The notes below the pieces were generated by a model, which saw only the letters and a list, made by a program, of their open reading frames with translations, had not been told where the DNA came from and searched no databases. From positions 224,001-288,000 of the forward strand of contig CBDCWP010000030.1 of the NCBI GenBank assembly GCA_965223505.1: a stretch of DNA of 64,000 nt. Direction: 5' to 3'. Source of the DNA: Planctomycetota bacterium. GTDB taxonomy: Bacteria > Planctomycetota > PLA2 > JAEUHO01. Positions 30,578 through 40,250 of the stretch are shown here, piece by piece. The stretch's first letter is position 1. The number at the start of each line of letters is the position of its first letter. A program made the translations under genes and the position numbers.

Positions 30578-32011
30578 TCAGTCGCCCTTGATCGTCTCCA
30601 AAGCCTCGAGCGCTTCGTTCCGCGCCTCGGCGTGATCGACGATCGGATTCGGATACGTCTCGCCCAGCCGCACGTCCGCGTCGGCGAGCACGTCGTCCGA
30701 CGCCTCCCAAGGCGCGTGGATGTGTTCGGTCGGTAGCGCCGCCAGCTCGGGCACCCAGCGCCGCACGTAGGCACCGTCGGGATCGAATTTCTTGCCCTGC
30801 AAGACCGGGTTGAACACACGGAAGTAGGGCGCCGCGTCCGCGCCGCAGCCCGCGACCCACTGCCAGCTCGCGCTGTTGTTCGCGAGATCGGCGTCGACCA
30901 GCGTGTCCCAGAACCAGGCCGCGCCGTCCTGCCACGGTAGGAGCAGGTCCTTCACGAGGAACGACGCCGCGATCATGCGGACGCGGTTGTGCATCCACCC
31001 CGTGTGCCAGAGCTCGCGCAGGCCGGCATCGACGATCGGATACCCCGTGCGCCCCTTCTGCCACGCGGACAGCTGGTCCGCGTCGTCGCGCCACGGGAAG
31101 TCCGCGAACTCGGGTCGGAAAGGCGCCTCCGGCAGGTCGGGCCAATGATGAAGCAGGTGATACGAGAACTCGCGCCAGCCCAGCTCGCGCAAGAACGCAT
31201 CCGCGCCCTTGGCTTCGTTGCCGACGCGGTCCGCCGCCGCGGCCTCGTGGCGGCACTGGCGCGGGCCGATCTCGCCGAAGTGCAGATGGGGCGAGAGCCG
31301 TGAGGTGCCTTCGATGTCGGGGCGGTCACGTTGTGACGCATAGTCCGCGATCGGTCCGTCGAGGAACGCCCGCAGCCGCTCCTGCGCGCCGGCCTCGCCC
31401 GGCGTCCACGTCTCGCGCAAGCCGCCGGCCCAGTCGGGCCGCGTGGGCAACAGGCGCCAGCTGGCGAGGTCGTCGGACGCGGGCGCAGACGTGGGCGCGC
31501 GAAGGGTGTCGGGCGCGGCGACCGTCGGCTCGGGTTCCGGCCGCGCCAAGCAGGCTTTCCAGAAGGGCGTGAAGACGCGGTAGGGCTCCCCGGACTTGTT
31601 CGCGACGTCCTCGGGCTCGTAGAGCAACACGCCGCCGAAACGCTTGCAGGCGACACCGCGCTCCTCGAGGGCTTTGGCCAGCGCGGGCTCGGCCTCGGCG
31701 TCGTCGGGCTCGTACCCGCGTGTCCAGTGGACGGCGGTCGCACCCGTCTCCTCGATCAGCTCGTCGAGCACGTCTTCGATGCGGCCCTTGCGCAGCACGA
31801 GCATCGAACCGGCGTCCTCCAACGACGCCTGCAGCGACGCCAGGCTGTGGTGCAGCCACCAGCGGCTCGCCCCACCGAGAGACGCGCGCTCGTCGAACAC
31901 GTAGAGCGGGATGACGGGGCGGCCCGTATCGACGGCCGCCTTCAGGGCCGGGTTGTCCGCGAGCCGAAGATCCCGACGAAACCAGTGGATGACCGGATCA
32001 CGAGACGACAT
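30578..32011 (-). CDS. phrB: deoxyribodipyrimidine photolyase (class I/III CPD)
   Basis: WFRRDLRLADNPAL, TSRLSPHLHFGEI, GRTGYPIVDAG, GWMHNRVRM, WQWVAGCGADAAPYFRVFNP. Confidence 0.95.
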   Translation of the reverse strand: MSSRDPVIHWFRRDLRLADNPALKAAVDTGRPVIPLYVFDERASLGGASRWWLHHSLASLQASLEDAGSMLVLRKGRIEDVLDELIEETGATAVHWTRGYEPDDAEAEPALAKALEERGVACKRFGGVLLYEPEDVANKSGEPYRVFTPFWKACLARPEPEPTVAAPDTLRAPTSAPASDDLASWRLLPTRPDWAGGLRETWTPGEAGAQERLRAFLDGPIADYASQRDRPDIEGTSRLSPHLHFGEIGPRQCRHEAAAADRVGNEAKGADAFLRELGWREFSYHLLHHWPDLPEAPFRPEFADFPWRDDADQLSAWQKGRTGYPIVDAGLRELWHTGWMHNRVRMIAASFLVKDLLLPWQDGAAWFWDTLVDADLANNSASWQWVAGCGADAAPYFRVFNPVLQGKKFDPDGAYVRRWVPELAALPTEHIHAPWEASDDVLADADVRLGETYPNPIVDHAEARNEALEALETIKGD

Positions 32012-32023
32012 GGGCGGACGGCC

Positions 32024-33091
32024 TCACAAGCGTGCAACGAGGGCACGCGCCGCAGCGCGCTTCCCCGCGCCGGCGGACGCGGGTACGACCGAGATCGAAG
32101 CATCGACCTGCGCCCGCGTCGCACCCAAACGGACCGCAGCGCGCATGTGTCCAAGAAGCGGATCACGCAGCGTTCCGAGCGCGGTCAGGATCGAGACGGC
32201 CAGGAGCTCGCGCTCGAGCAGCGTCAGCACGTGGTCGCGCGCGAGCACGCGTCCGTACGCGAAGTCGAGGGTCCAATCCGCAAGCCGCTCGCTCAAGCCT
32301 CGCAGCCCGGCTTCGACCTGCGGCGCCGTGTCCCCGTACACCTGTGCAAAGGTCGCGGGTCCGTCGCCGCCGGCGCCGCCGGGATCCGGACCCGGCGCAC
32401 CCAACGTCTCACGCGCGGCGGCGAACGCGGCGATCGCACGCGGAAAGCCCGCGTACGGAACGAGCTGCAGAAGCGTCTCACGAACGCGCTCGATCGACTC
32501 GCCGCTCTCCACGGCCGTGCGCACCTCGCGCTGCACGAGCGCCGCGTCCCCCACCGCGCCCGCCGCCGCGATGACGAGCAACGCTCGCGGGATCTCCGCG
32601 TCCGCTGCCCGCGGCTGCGGTTCGAGCCAGGTGAGCGTTCGATGGCGGCGCGGATCACCGTCCAGATAGGCGCGCAAGGGCTCGTGATACGGCGCCTCCA
32701 GCCGCTCGACGACCTCGTCTTCGGGCACCCACGCCGCCGCATCGATGCCGAGGCCCGGAACGGGCTCGCCCTCGCACCGAAGCTCGAAGAAGAACGCGCG
32801 CCAGGTGTAGTGCGCCGGGGCGCTCGGCGCGGCGCGTTTGACGCCGTCGACCACCAGGAACAGATCGCCCACCCGCGCCGGCAGCCCGGTCTCCTCGCGC
32901 CACTCTCGAACCAGGCCCTGTTCGAGGCGCTCGCCGGGCCTGACGGCGCCGCCGGGCAGGTCCCACCAGGAGACGGCCCGCCCCTGCGAGACACGCGGGT
33001 TTTGCACCATCAAGACGCGTCCGTTGCGGCGCGCGAGACCGAAGGCCGCGTCCCGGTGGCCCGACGGTTCAGGTAAGTGTTCGTTCGCCAT
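32024..33091 (-). CDS. NUDIX hydrolase fused to a carboxymuconolactone decarboxylase/AhpD-like domain
   Basis: Nudix box GGAVRPGERLEQGLVREWREETG; C-half ETLLQLVPYAGFPRA, FAYGRVLARD.L...RELLAV, HMRAAVRLGAT. Confidence 0.75.
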   Translation of the reverse strand: MANEHLPEPSGHRDAAFGLARRNGRVLMVQNPRVSQGRAVSWWDLPGGAVRPGERLEQGLVREWREETGLPARVGDLFLVVDGVKRAAPSAPAHYTWRAFFFELRCEGEPVPGLGIDAAAWVPEDEVVERLEAPYHEPLRAYLDGDPRRHRTLTWLEPQPRAADAEIPRALLVIAAAGAVGDAALVQREVRTAVESGESIERVRETLLQLVPYAGFPRAIAAFAAARETLGAPGPDPGGAGGDGPATFAQVYGDTAPQVEAGLRGLSERLADWTLDFAYGRVLARDHVLTLLERELLAVSILTALGTLRDPLLGHMRAAVRLGATRAQVDASISVVPASAGAGKRAAARALVARL

Positions 33092-33212
33092 CGCGTCGGG
33101 TTCTACCAGGGAAGGGGTGCCATGCTGTCAAACGCCTAAAGCTCGGCTTCTGCGGAGGTCGATAGACCCTCGGTGGCCCCGATTCGGGGGGCTCGAAGGT
33201 TTCGCTCCGCTC

Positions 33213-35735
33213 ATGCTCAAGCCTGCATCGACCCGGCACACGTTGCTGCGCAGTATCGTGCTCTTGACCAGCGCAACCGCTGCGTACGGTCTCACGGGGT
33301 TCGAGGCGGAGCTCAGCGGCCTGAACGTGCTCATGCTCGCGCACTTCGTATCGGTGTACAGCGCCGCCGCGCTCAAGCCCGCGACCCTGACGATTCGAGC
33401 GCGCATTGCGTATCTCACCGGCGATCTGGTGGTGCTCGGATCGGTCGCCTACCTCGCATCGGTCCCGGCGCACGCGGAGCTCGGACATCACTCGGTATTC
33501 CTCGCCGCGTTCGTCATCTCGACGATGGCCGCCGTGATCGGGCGCGAGTCCGTCGCGGCACTGTTCGCGGTGCTGAGCGGCATGTTGGTCATCGGGCTCG
33601 GCGCCGCGCTGTTGAGCCGACAGGGCGCAGACGTCGAGTGGCTCGTGATCGCCGCGCAGATGCTCTGGATCGTGATCGCCGCGGCCGAAGCCGCGATCAT
33701 CACGGACTGGGTAGACCGCAAGAACGCGTGGATGCAGCTCAACAACTCCGTCGATCGCGAGCTCAAGGCGCGCGAGGACGAAGCGGCGGAGCTCAAGGCC
33801 TTCTCGCACTCGCTCGCCGACGCCGTCGGTGTGCATGAGCTGGCCGACGCGGTGTTGCGCCACCTGCGATGCCATCTCGAGGTGCGCGCACGCGCGATCG
33901 TCATCGAGTCGGACAGCGACGAGGTCGCGGTGTGGGAGGAGTCGGGGCGACTCGAACACGACCACATCGAACGTCGGCGCGTCGCCGTTCAAAAGGCGCT
34001 GTCACGCAACGGCTCCAACTACGTCATCCACCGCCTGATGGGCCGCTCGATGAGCAGCCGCTCGCTGCCGGAGAAGCTCGATTTCCACACGTCCGTCGAC
34101 GTGCCGATCCAAGCCGGCGGCCGCGTCGCCGGCCTGCTCTTGCTCGCCGACCCCGCGCGCGGCGCGCTGCCGCCCCACCGCATCGGCATCCTGGCGGACG
34201 TCGCGCGGCAGGCCGGTGAGGCGCTTCAGCGAATCGAACGCCGGCGCGATCTCGAGAACCGCCGTACGGCGCTGTTGCTGCGCCAGATGCGCGAAGGCGT
34301 GCTGCTCCTGGGGCCCGACGGCAACGTGCTTCTGGCCAATCCGGCGGCGAAGACAGCGCTGGCCGCCAGCGCCGACGAGACCGGCTCGGAGTCCATCGGC
34401 GGCGTGTCGCTGCGGGAGCTCGGCAAGACGCCGCCCGGCATCTCGCGCCGTTTCCGCGCGCACATCGCCGGCGCGACCGAGGGCGAGCGCGCAACCGAGC
34501 TGTCCTGCACCGCCGTCGGCGTCATGGACAACGGCAAGCGGGTCGGCACGCTGGTCACCATCACGGACATCACCGACGAGGAGCTCGCCCGCCGTCAGCT
34601 CATGCAGGCGGAGCGCAGCACCCTCGTCGGACAGACCCTCGCCGGCGTCGCGCACGAGCTCAACAACCCGCTCGCGGCTTTGATCGGATACGCCGACATC
34701 CTCGGCGCGCAGGAGGTGCCCGCCACGATCGAGAAGCCGGTGCGGCGCATGCGCGAGCAGGCGCAGCGCGCAACCCGCATCGTTCGCAACCTCTTGAACT
34801 TCGCGCGACGGCGGAATCCGACGCGCAGCGAAACCCATCTCGGCGAGCTCGTCGAGGCGACCGTGGAGCTCTTCGCGTACGAGGCGCGCATGATCGACGC
34901 GGAGCTCGACGTCGACATCCCCGACGACGCTCCGATCGTCCTCGCCGACAAGCACGCACTGCAACAGATCCTCGTCAACCTGGTGCAGAACGCGCTGCAC
35001 GCGTTGGCGGCGTGGAACGGCGATCGAAAGCTCTCGATCTCGTTGCAGGCCGCAGGCGAGATGGTCGCACTCACCGTCGCCGATACCGGCGGCGGCGTAC
35101 CGGACGAACTGCGGACGAGCATCTTCCAGCCGTTCTTCACCACGAAGGGCCCCGGCAAGGGAACGGGCCTGGGGCTCGCGCTCTCCGCATCGATCGCGCG
35201 TGAGCACGGCGGCGAGCTGATCCTCGAGCCCGACACGGGCGTCGGAGCGAGGTTCGTCTTGCGGCTGCCGGTGCGCGCGTCGGCCCCGGAGACGACGCCG
35301 GCCATCGACGACCCGTTGGAGGGCCTCATGCGCTCCGTCCCGGGTCACATCCTCGTGGTCGACGACGAGCCGTCGGTGCGCGAGTCGCTCGTGACGCAGC
35401 TCGGCAACCTGGGTTCGCGCGTGGACAGCGCGCGGGACTCGGCGGAGGCCGAGCGGATGATCAACGACGGCCACTACGACGCCGTCCTGCTCGACATCCG
35501 CATGCCGGGAGCGTCGGGCATCGAGCTGCATCGGACGATCGCGAAACGGAACCCGACGCTGGCGGACAAGGTCGTGTTCATGACGGGCGACTTCGTCAAC
35601 GACGATGTCCTGGGCCGGGTCATGAAGACCGGCAATCAGCTGCTCGAGAAGCCGTTCACGATGGATGAGCTCACGAAGGCGCTCGGACATACGCCCAAGC
35701 CGCCCCCCTCGCACCCGTACACCATCACGTCGTAG
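33213..35735 (+). CDS. membrane hybrid sensor histidine kinase (GAF/PAS-HisKA-HATPase-REC)
   Basis: Several TM helices; AGVAHELNNPL; QILVNLVQNA; DTGGG; FQPFFTTKGPGKGTGLGL; REC ILVVDDE..LLDIRMPG..KPF. Confidence 0.92.
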   Translation: MLKPASTRHTLLRSIVLLTSATAAYGLTGFEAELSGLNVLMLAHFVSVYSAAALKPATLTIRARIAYLTGDLVVLGSVAYLASVPAHAELGHHSVFLAAFVISTMAAVIGRESVAALFAVLSGMLVIGLGAALLSRQGADVEWLVIAAQMLWIVIAAAEAAIITDWVDRKNAWMQLNNSVDRELKAREDEAAELKAFSHSLADAVGVHELADAVLRHLRCHLEVRARAIVIESDSDEVAVWEESGRLEHDHIERRRVAVQKALSRNGSNYVIHRLMGRSMSSRSLPEKLDFHTSVDVPIQAGGRVAGLLLLADPARGALPPHRIGILADVARQAGEALQRIERRRDLENRRTALLLRQMREGVLLLGPDGNVLLANPAAKTALAASADETGSESIGGVSLRELGKTPPGISRRFRAHIAGATEGERATELSCTAVGVMDNGKRVGTLVTITDITDEELARRQLMQAERSTLVGQTLAGVAHELNNPLAALIGYADILGAQEVPATIEKPVRRMREQAQRATRIVRNLLNFARRRNPTRSETHLGELVEATVELFAYEARMIDAELDVDIPDDAPIVLADKHALQQILVNLVQNALHALAAWNGDRKLSISLQAAGEMVALTVADTGGGVPDELRTSIFQPFFTTKGPGKGTGLGLALSASIAREHGGELILEPDTGVGARFVLRLPVRASAPETTPAIDDPLEGLMRSVPGHILVVDDEPSVRESLVTQLGNLGSRVDSARDSAEAERMINDGHYDAVLLDIRMPGASGIELHRTIAKRNPTLADKVVFMTGDFVNDDVLGRVMKTGNQLLEKPFTMDELTKALGHTPKPPPSHPYTITS

Positions 35736-35780
35736 CTCCCGTCGCGGGCAGAGGCAACCGCCGCTCGGTCGCGATCCGAC

Positions 35781-37022
35781 TCAACGTTCCTTCGATCGCG
35801 AAACGCGCGCAAGCCGCGCCCCGACCCAACGCATGCCGGCGAAACCGCTCAACGCGCCGAACACGCCCGCGATGCCGAACAGAACGCGCGTTCCCGCCGC
35901 TTGTGCGATCCACCCGCACGCGAGCGCCGACAGCGACGTCATGCCGAGCACCGTCAGGTTGACGAGGGCGAACACCTTGCCGCGTCGCTCCTCGGGCACG
36001 TGCACCTGCAGCAGGCTCGTGCGGCCGACCACGATGAACGGGATGAAGACGCCGTGCGCCGTGATCAGCAGCAGCGCCGGGACGTAGTCGGCGATCCAGA
36101 GGAACGGGATGTACGTAAGCCCGTCCATCACCATGCCCCACAGCACGACCTTGCCCATCGGCCAGCGCCGGCCCATGCGGCTCAGCCACAGCGCCCCCAA
36201 CAGCATGCCCACGGCCATGCAGCCCTCGAACCACGCCAGATGCTGGGGGCCGAGCTCGTACACGTTGCGAATCAACAGAACGGCGCCCACGATCGCGGGG
36301 CCCATGATGGCGAGGTTGTTGAGCGCCGTCAGCACCAGCAACCCGCCGACGACCTTGTCGCGCCTGGCGTACGCGAGCCCCTCGCCGACCTCGCGCCAGA
36401 AGCCGCCGCGCGCGCCCTTCGTCCGGCGCCGGCGTGGATGCACGATCAGCAGGAGCGCGATCGCCGAGACGACGAACGTCAACCCGTCGAGCTGCAGCAC
36501 GTCGAGCACGCGCTCGGACTCGTCGCCGGATCCGCCCGCCAGGAGGAGCCCGCCCGCCGACAGTCCGACGATCAACGCCAGGTGTTGCGACGTCTGCAAG
36601 AACGCGTTCCAACGCGTCAAGGAGGCGCCGCCGACCAGCTCGGGCAGGAACGCGTCGCGCGCAGCCATGAAAGGCGCGGAGAACGCCGCCAGAAGGAACG
36701 CAACGCCGATGATCAGCGGATACGACACGCCGCCCACGGCCATCACGACGACGGGCAGCGCGATCAGCGTCGCGGCACGCACGACGTCGGAGACGATCAT
36801 GAGCGTGCGGCGGTCGAGCCGGTCGGCGAACGTGCCCGCCATCGGACCGAACAGGAGATGCGGGACCGTGGCGATGAAAACGGCGAACCCTACGGGCGCT
36901 TCGTCGCCGGTGACGTCGCCGACCAGCCAGAGGATGCAAGGGAGGAAGAGCGAGTCGCCGACGGCCGAGATGAACTGCGCGGTCCAGAGCAGCCACGCGT
37001 TGCGCTGAACGCGATCGCTCAC
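35781..37022 (-). CDS. MFS transporter (DHA3/macrolide-efflux-like)
   Basis: LLWTAQFISAVGD, GTFADRLDRRTLMIVSD, VPEERRGKVFA; about 12 TM; GTGA overlap with the upstream gene. Confidence 0.9.
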   Translation of the reverse strand: MSDRVQRNAWLLWTAQFISAVGDSLFLPCILWLVGDVTGDEAPVGFAVFIATVPHLLFGPMAGTFADRLDRRTLMIVSDVVRAATLIALPVVVMAVGGVSYPLIIGVAFLLAAFSAPFMAARDAFLPELVGGASLTRWNAFLQTSQHLALIVGLSAGGLLLAGGSGDESERVLDVLQLDGLTFVVSAIALLLIVHPRRRRTKGARGGFWREVGEGLAYARRDKVVGGLLVLTALNNLAIMGPAIVGAVLLIRNVYELGPQHLAWFEGCMAVGMLLGALWLSRMGRRWPMGKVVLWGMVMDGLTYIPFLWIADYVPALLLITAHGVFIPFIVVGRTSLLQVHVPEERRGKVFALVNLTVLGMTSLSALACGWIAQAAGTRVLFGIAGVFGALSGFAGMRWVGARLARVSRSKER

Positions 37023-38437
37023 TTGTCTTCGGTGGGGTGCCACGGCACCACTTCGATCGGGCAGACTTGCGGCAGCGGCCCTGCGCCGGGCCCCGTCTTC
37101 GGCTTCAGCTCGCCGGCGGCGCGCGCGAGCCAGTAGGCGAAGAGCCAGTCGGCACGCGTGAGCGTCATGGTCGGGTGATCGGGCGAGCCCTTGACCGGCT
37201 TGCGTACGAGATTCAGCCGCGACTTCCAAGCCCAGTTGTGATGTCCCTCGCGCTCCCGGATGGTCGCGATGCGGCGCACCGTCCACTCCGCGATGTCGCG
37301 CTTGGGAATCTCACGTTCCGACATGATGTGAAGCACGGCGCGCAGCTCGGCGATGATGCCCGGCCGCCGGCCGCCCGCGATGCCGCCGAGCAGCTGGCAC
37401 GCGCAGTAGCCCGCGTTCCACCAGCCACGCGTCGCTCGGTGCAGCGCTTCGAGGCCCTTGCGCGCGTGATGCTGCGCCTTGCCGTCGCGCGCCCACAGGC
37501 GAATGGCGAGCAACGCGACGTGGGTCATGTTCACGTTCGACGCGGTCAGCGCGGGCCTCACCCAGGTGTGTTGGTCGTCGAGCGCCTGCGGATAGCGCTT
37601 GCGAATGAGCTCCAGGTACTCGAGCTTCACGGGTTGATCGTCGGTCGCATTCGCGGCAACGGCGAAAGGCGCGAGCGCGATCGCGGCGTTCTGACCGTTG
37701 CCGACGCCGAGGACCTTCACGTCCCGGCGCAAGTCGCCGAACCGGGTCTTCTTGCCGGTGTGGTCGCGCAACCACATGCCGTCGTCCCACAGACGCCGCG
37801 CGACGTTCTTGATCTGCTCCTTGGCGAGCGCCTGGATCTCGGGATCGTCCACGTAGCGCAGGATGCACGCCCAGCCGAGCGTGAGTCCGGAGAGCTGATC
37901 GCGGCTCACGTCCGGTCGGAACGCCATGCCTTCGATCGCCGGCGACGCGATCACCTTCTCGAGCGGCGGCGAACCCGCGACCAGCCGGGACTTGTCCTGG
38001 ACGATGCGGCCGGCATTGCGCGCGAAGCGCCCCGGCTGTCCGGTGACGTCCGAGAGCACCGCGAGGCCCTTTGCCAGATGGCGCACCTGTTCGAGCGCAT
38101 CGGGGTCCTTGGTGACGTGCCAGCGGCAGGCCTGGCTGGCGGCGTAGCAACCGGTCCACATCGCGGCGTCGGAGAGCGTGAGCGCGTAGTGCGAGAGCAC
38201 CTCTTCGCCGGCGCCCTGCTGGTGATAGTCGACGAGCAGGCCTTCCGGCGACAGGTGCCACCACATGCGCGCCTGGATGCGCATCGCCTTCGCGTAGAGC
38301 ATCGCGTCGGTGTTGCCCGGCTTGGGAACGATCGGCTTGCCGGGACCGAATCCGCCGCCTTTGCGCGGGTGCGCCTCGACGGACGGCGTCCAGGCGAGGC
38401 ACAGCGCGAACAGAAGGAGGGCGACGAGGCGGCGCAT
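37019..38437 (-). CDS. hypothetical secreted protein (possibly alpha/alpha-barrel enzyme)
   Basis: Signal peptide; DAAMWTGCYAASQA and DVSRDQLSG motifs; family not recognised with certainty. Confidence 0.7.
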   Translation of the reverse strand: MRRLVALLLFALCLAWTPSVEAHPRKGGGFGPGKPIVPKPGNTDAMLYAKAMRIQARMWWHLSPEGLLVDYHQQGAGEEVLSHYALTLSDAAMWTGCYAASQACRWHVTKDPDALEQVRHLAKGLAVLSDVTGQPGRFARNAGRIVQDKSRLVAGSPPLEKVIASPAIEGMAFRPDVSRDQLSGLTLGWACILRYVDDPEIQALAKEQIKNVARRLWDDGMWLRDHTGKKTRFGDLRRDVKVLGVGNGQNAAIALAPFAVAANATDDQPVKLEYLELIRKRYPQALDDQHTWVRPALTASNVNMTHVALLAIRLWARDGKAQHHARKGLEALHRATRGWWNAGYCACQLLGGIAGGRRPGIIAELRAVLHIMSEREIPKRDIAEWTVRRIATIREREGHHNWAWKSRLNLVRKPVKGSPDHPTMTLTRADWLFAYWLARAAGELKPKTGPGAGPLPQVCPIEVVPWHPTEDK

Positions 38438-38463
38438 CGGGCGCGCAATGCTACAGGCAGCGT

Positions 38464-38532
38464 GCAGGGGCCGGTCCCTGTGTCCGCCAGGGTCACCTTG
38501 ACCAGTTGGGCGACCACGAGGGTCGCCCCTAC
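38464..38532. repeat. REP doublet (degenerate forward copy + intact inverted copy)
   Basis: gcaggggccggtccctgtgtccgcc ... ttgggcgaccacgagggtcgcccctac (38506-38532). Confidence 0.8.
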
Positions 38533-39311
38533 AGGACGCGCTCGAAGAAGGCCCGCGTCCGCTCGTCCTTCGGGTTCGTCAACACCTGCTCGGCGTCTCC
38601 GATCTCCAGAATGCGCCCTTCCTGCAGAAAGGCCACCCGGTCCGCCGCCTCGCGCGCGAACGCGTACTCGTGCGTCACCACCATCAGTGTGCGCTTGTGC
38701 TCGGCTGCGAGCGCCCGCATCACCTCCAACACCTCCGCCGTCATCTCCGGGTCGAGCGCCGACGTCGGCTCGTCGAACAAAAGGATCTCGGGATCCATCG
38801 CCAGCACGCGCGCGATCGCAACGCGCTGCTGCTGTCCGCCCGACAGCTGCCGCGGATAGTTGTTCGCCTTCTCCGCCAGGCCGACCCGCTCGAGCAGCGA
38901 CGCCGCGCGCTTCGCCGCGGCCTCCGGCGCCACGCCGTTGACCTTCACGGGCGCCAGCGTGACGTTCTCCAGCGCCGTCTTGTGCGGATACAGATGAAAC
39001 GCCTGGAACACGAACCCGATCTTGCGCCGCAGCGGGATCCAGAACGGATCGCTGATCGATCCGCCGCCGTCGGCCGCGGGCACGACCTTGCCGAGCACCG
39101 TCATCTCGCCCGCGTCGCGCACCTCCAGACCGTTGAGCAATCGCAACAACGTCGACTTGCCGCCGCCGCTCGGTCCCACCAGCGCGACGACCTCGCCCGC
39201 GTACACCTCGAGATCGACGCCCGATAGCACTTCGAGCGCCCCGAAGCGCTTCACCACGCCGTGCAGCTCGATCTGGGGCGCGCGTGCGTCCTGCTGGCCG
39301 GCGCCGGTCAG
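38529..39311 (-). CDS. polar amino acid ABC transporter ATP-binding protein (GlnQ-like)
   Basis: GPSGGGKST, LSGGQQQRVAIAR, LLFDEPTSALDPE, VVTHE. Start uncertain: GTG 39257/39260, or CTG 39311 overlapping the upstream TGA. Confidence 0.9.
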   Translation of the reverse strand: MTGAGQQDARAPQIELHGVVKRFGALEVLSGVDLEVYAGEVVALVGPSGGGKSTLLRLLNGLEVRDAGEMTVLGKVVPAADGGGSISDPFWIPLRRKIGFVFQAFHLYPHKTALENVTLAPVKVNGVAPEAAAKRAASLLERVGLAEKANNYPRQLSGGQQQRVAIARVLAMDPEILLFDEPTSALDPEMTAEVLEVMRALAAEHKRTLMVVTHEYAFAREAADRVAFLQEGRILEIGDAEQVLTNPKDERTRAFFERVL

Positions 39312-39610
39312 ACGCGAAGCTCCATCACCTGGAACTGCGGATCACGTACGTGCCGATACGGAACCGACGGCAGGTCGCTCGCCGTGCGCACGTGTTTCGA
39401 CATCTCGACGTACGCGTCACGGTCGGGCAGCACGTTGAGCTCCACGAGCCGGCCGGTCGGTCCCGTCGGGCCGACCTCCTCGTAGACCTCGTAGCGCGTC
39501 GACCCCTTGCCTTCCCAGTACGGCTTGAGCTCCTCCCTGGCGCGGCGCAGGAAGTCGTCCTTGTGGCAGGCTTCGATCGAGAACGTCACCAAGCTGATCA
39601 CGTGGGCCAT
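39308..39610 (-). CDS. small hypothetical protein (ABM/NIPSNAP-like alpha-beta fold possible)
   Basis: 100-aa ORF with host-like codon usage, coupled to the ATPase gene. Confidence 0.6.
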   Translation of the reverse strand: MAHVISLVTFSIEACHKDDFLRRAREELKPYWEGKGSTRYEVYEEVGPTGPTGRLVELNVLPDRDAYVEMSKHVRTASDLPSVPYRHVRDPQFQVMELRV

Positions 39611-39687
39611 GGGTCAAGGATCCCGAGGACGTCCCCGCAGGCCTCCGATTTACCGACTGCCGCGCAGCGGGTGGTAGCCTCGTAGCC

Positions 39688-40140
39688 GTGCGCACGCTGC
39701 TGCTCATCCTCCTGCCCGCCGCCGCCGCCTTCGGAATCTGGCAGTACTTCGACGACGGAGCGCCGGAGGCGGAGCGCGAGGACCGCCCGCGCGTCGAGCG
39801 CGACAGCCCGAACGATCCCCGGGCCTATGCGCGCGGCCGCATCCGATACGGCACCCTGATCGTGTCCGTCCAGACCCGCGAAGGGACCATCCCCGAGGGC
39901 ATCGAGGTCGGCTACTTCGAGCCCTACCGGGACGCACCGCGGTTGGTCTACGCCGACCGCAACGGCCGCCGCACCTTCACGGACGCGCCCTTGGGCGAGA
40001 TCGAGGTCATCGCGCAAGCCCCCGGCTACAAGCGCGCCAAGCGCAAGGCCGTGCTCCAGGCGGGCATCCAGGAGAGCGTGAAGCTCTTTCTCCTCCCCGG
40101 CGACGGCGATCTCGACGCCAAGCTGCCGAGCGACGGCTAG
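39688..40140 (+). CDS. hypothetical exported protein with a carboxypeptidase-regulatory-like beta domain
   Basis: N-terminal TM/signal; ADRNGRRTFTDAPLGEIEVIAQAPGY. Confidence 0.65.
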   Translation: MRTLLLILLPAAAAFGIWQYFDDGAPEAEREDRPRVERDSPNDPRAYARGRIRYGTLIVSVQTREGTIPEGIEVGYFEPYRDAPRLVYADRNGRRTFTDAPLGEIEVIAQAPGYKRAKRKAVLQAGIQESVKLFLLPGDGDLDAKLPSDG

Positions 40141-40250
40141 CACCGCGCCGGACGACCGCCAGCCGCCGGCCGTGAAGACCGCCGGACCACCGGTCCGGAT
40201 TCCGGGAAGGACGGCCGAGATGACGGCGTCGAAGCTGCGGGGGTAGAACC

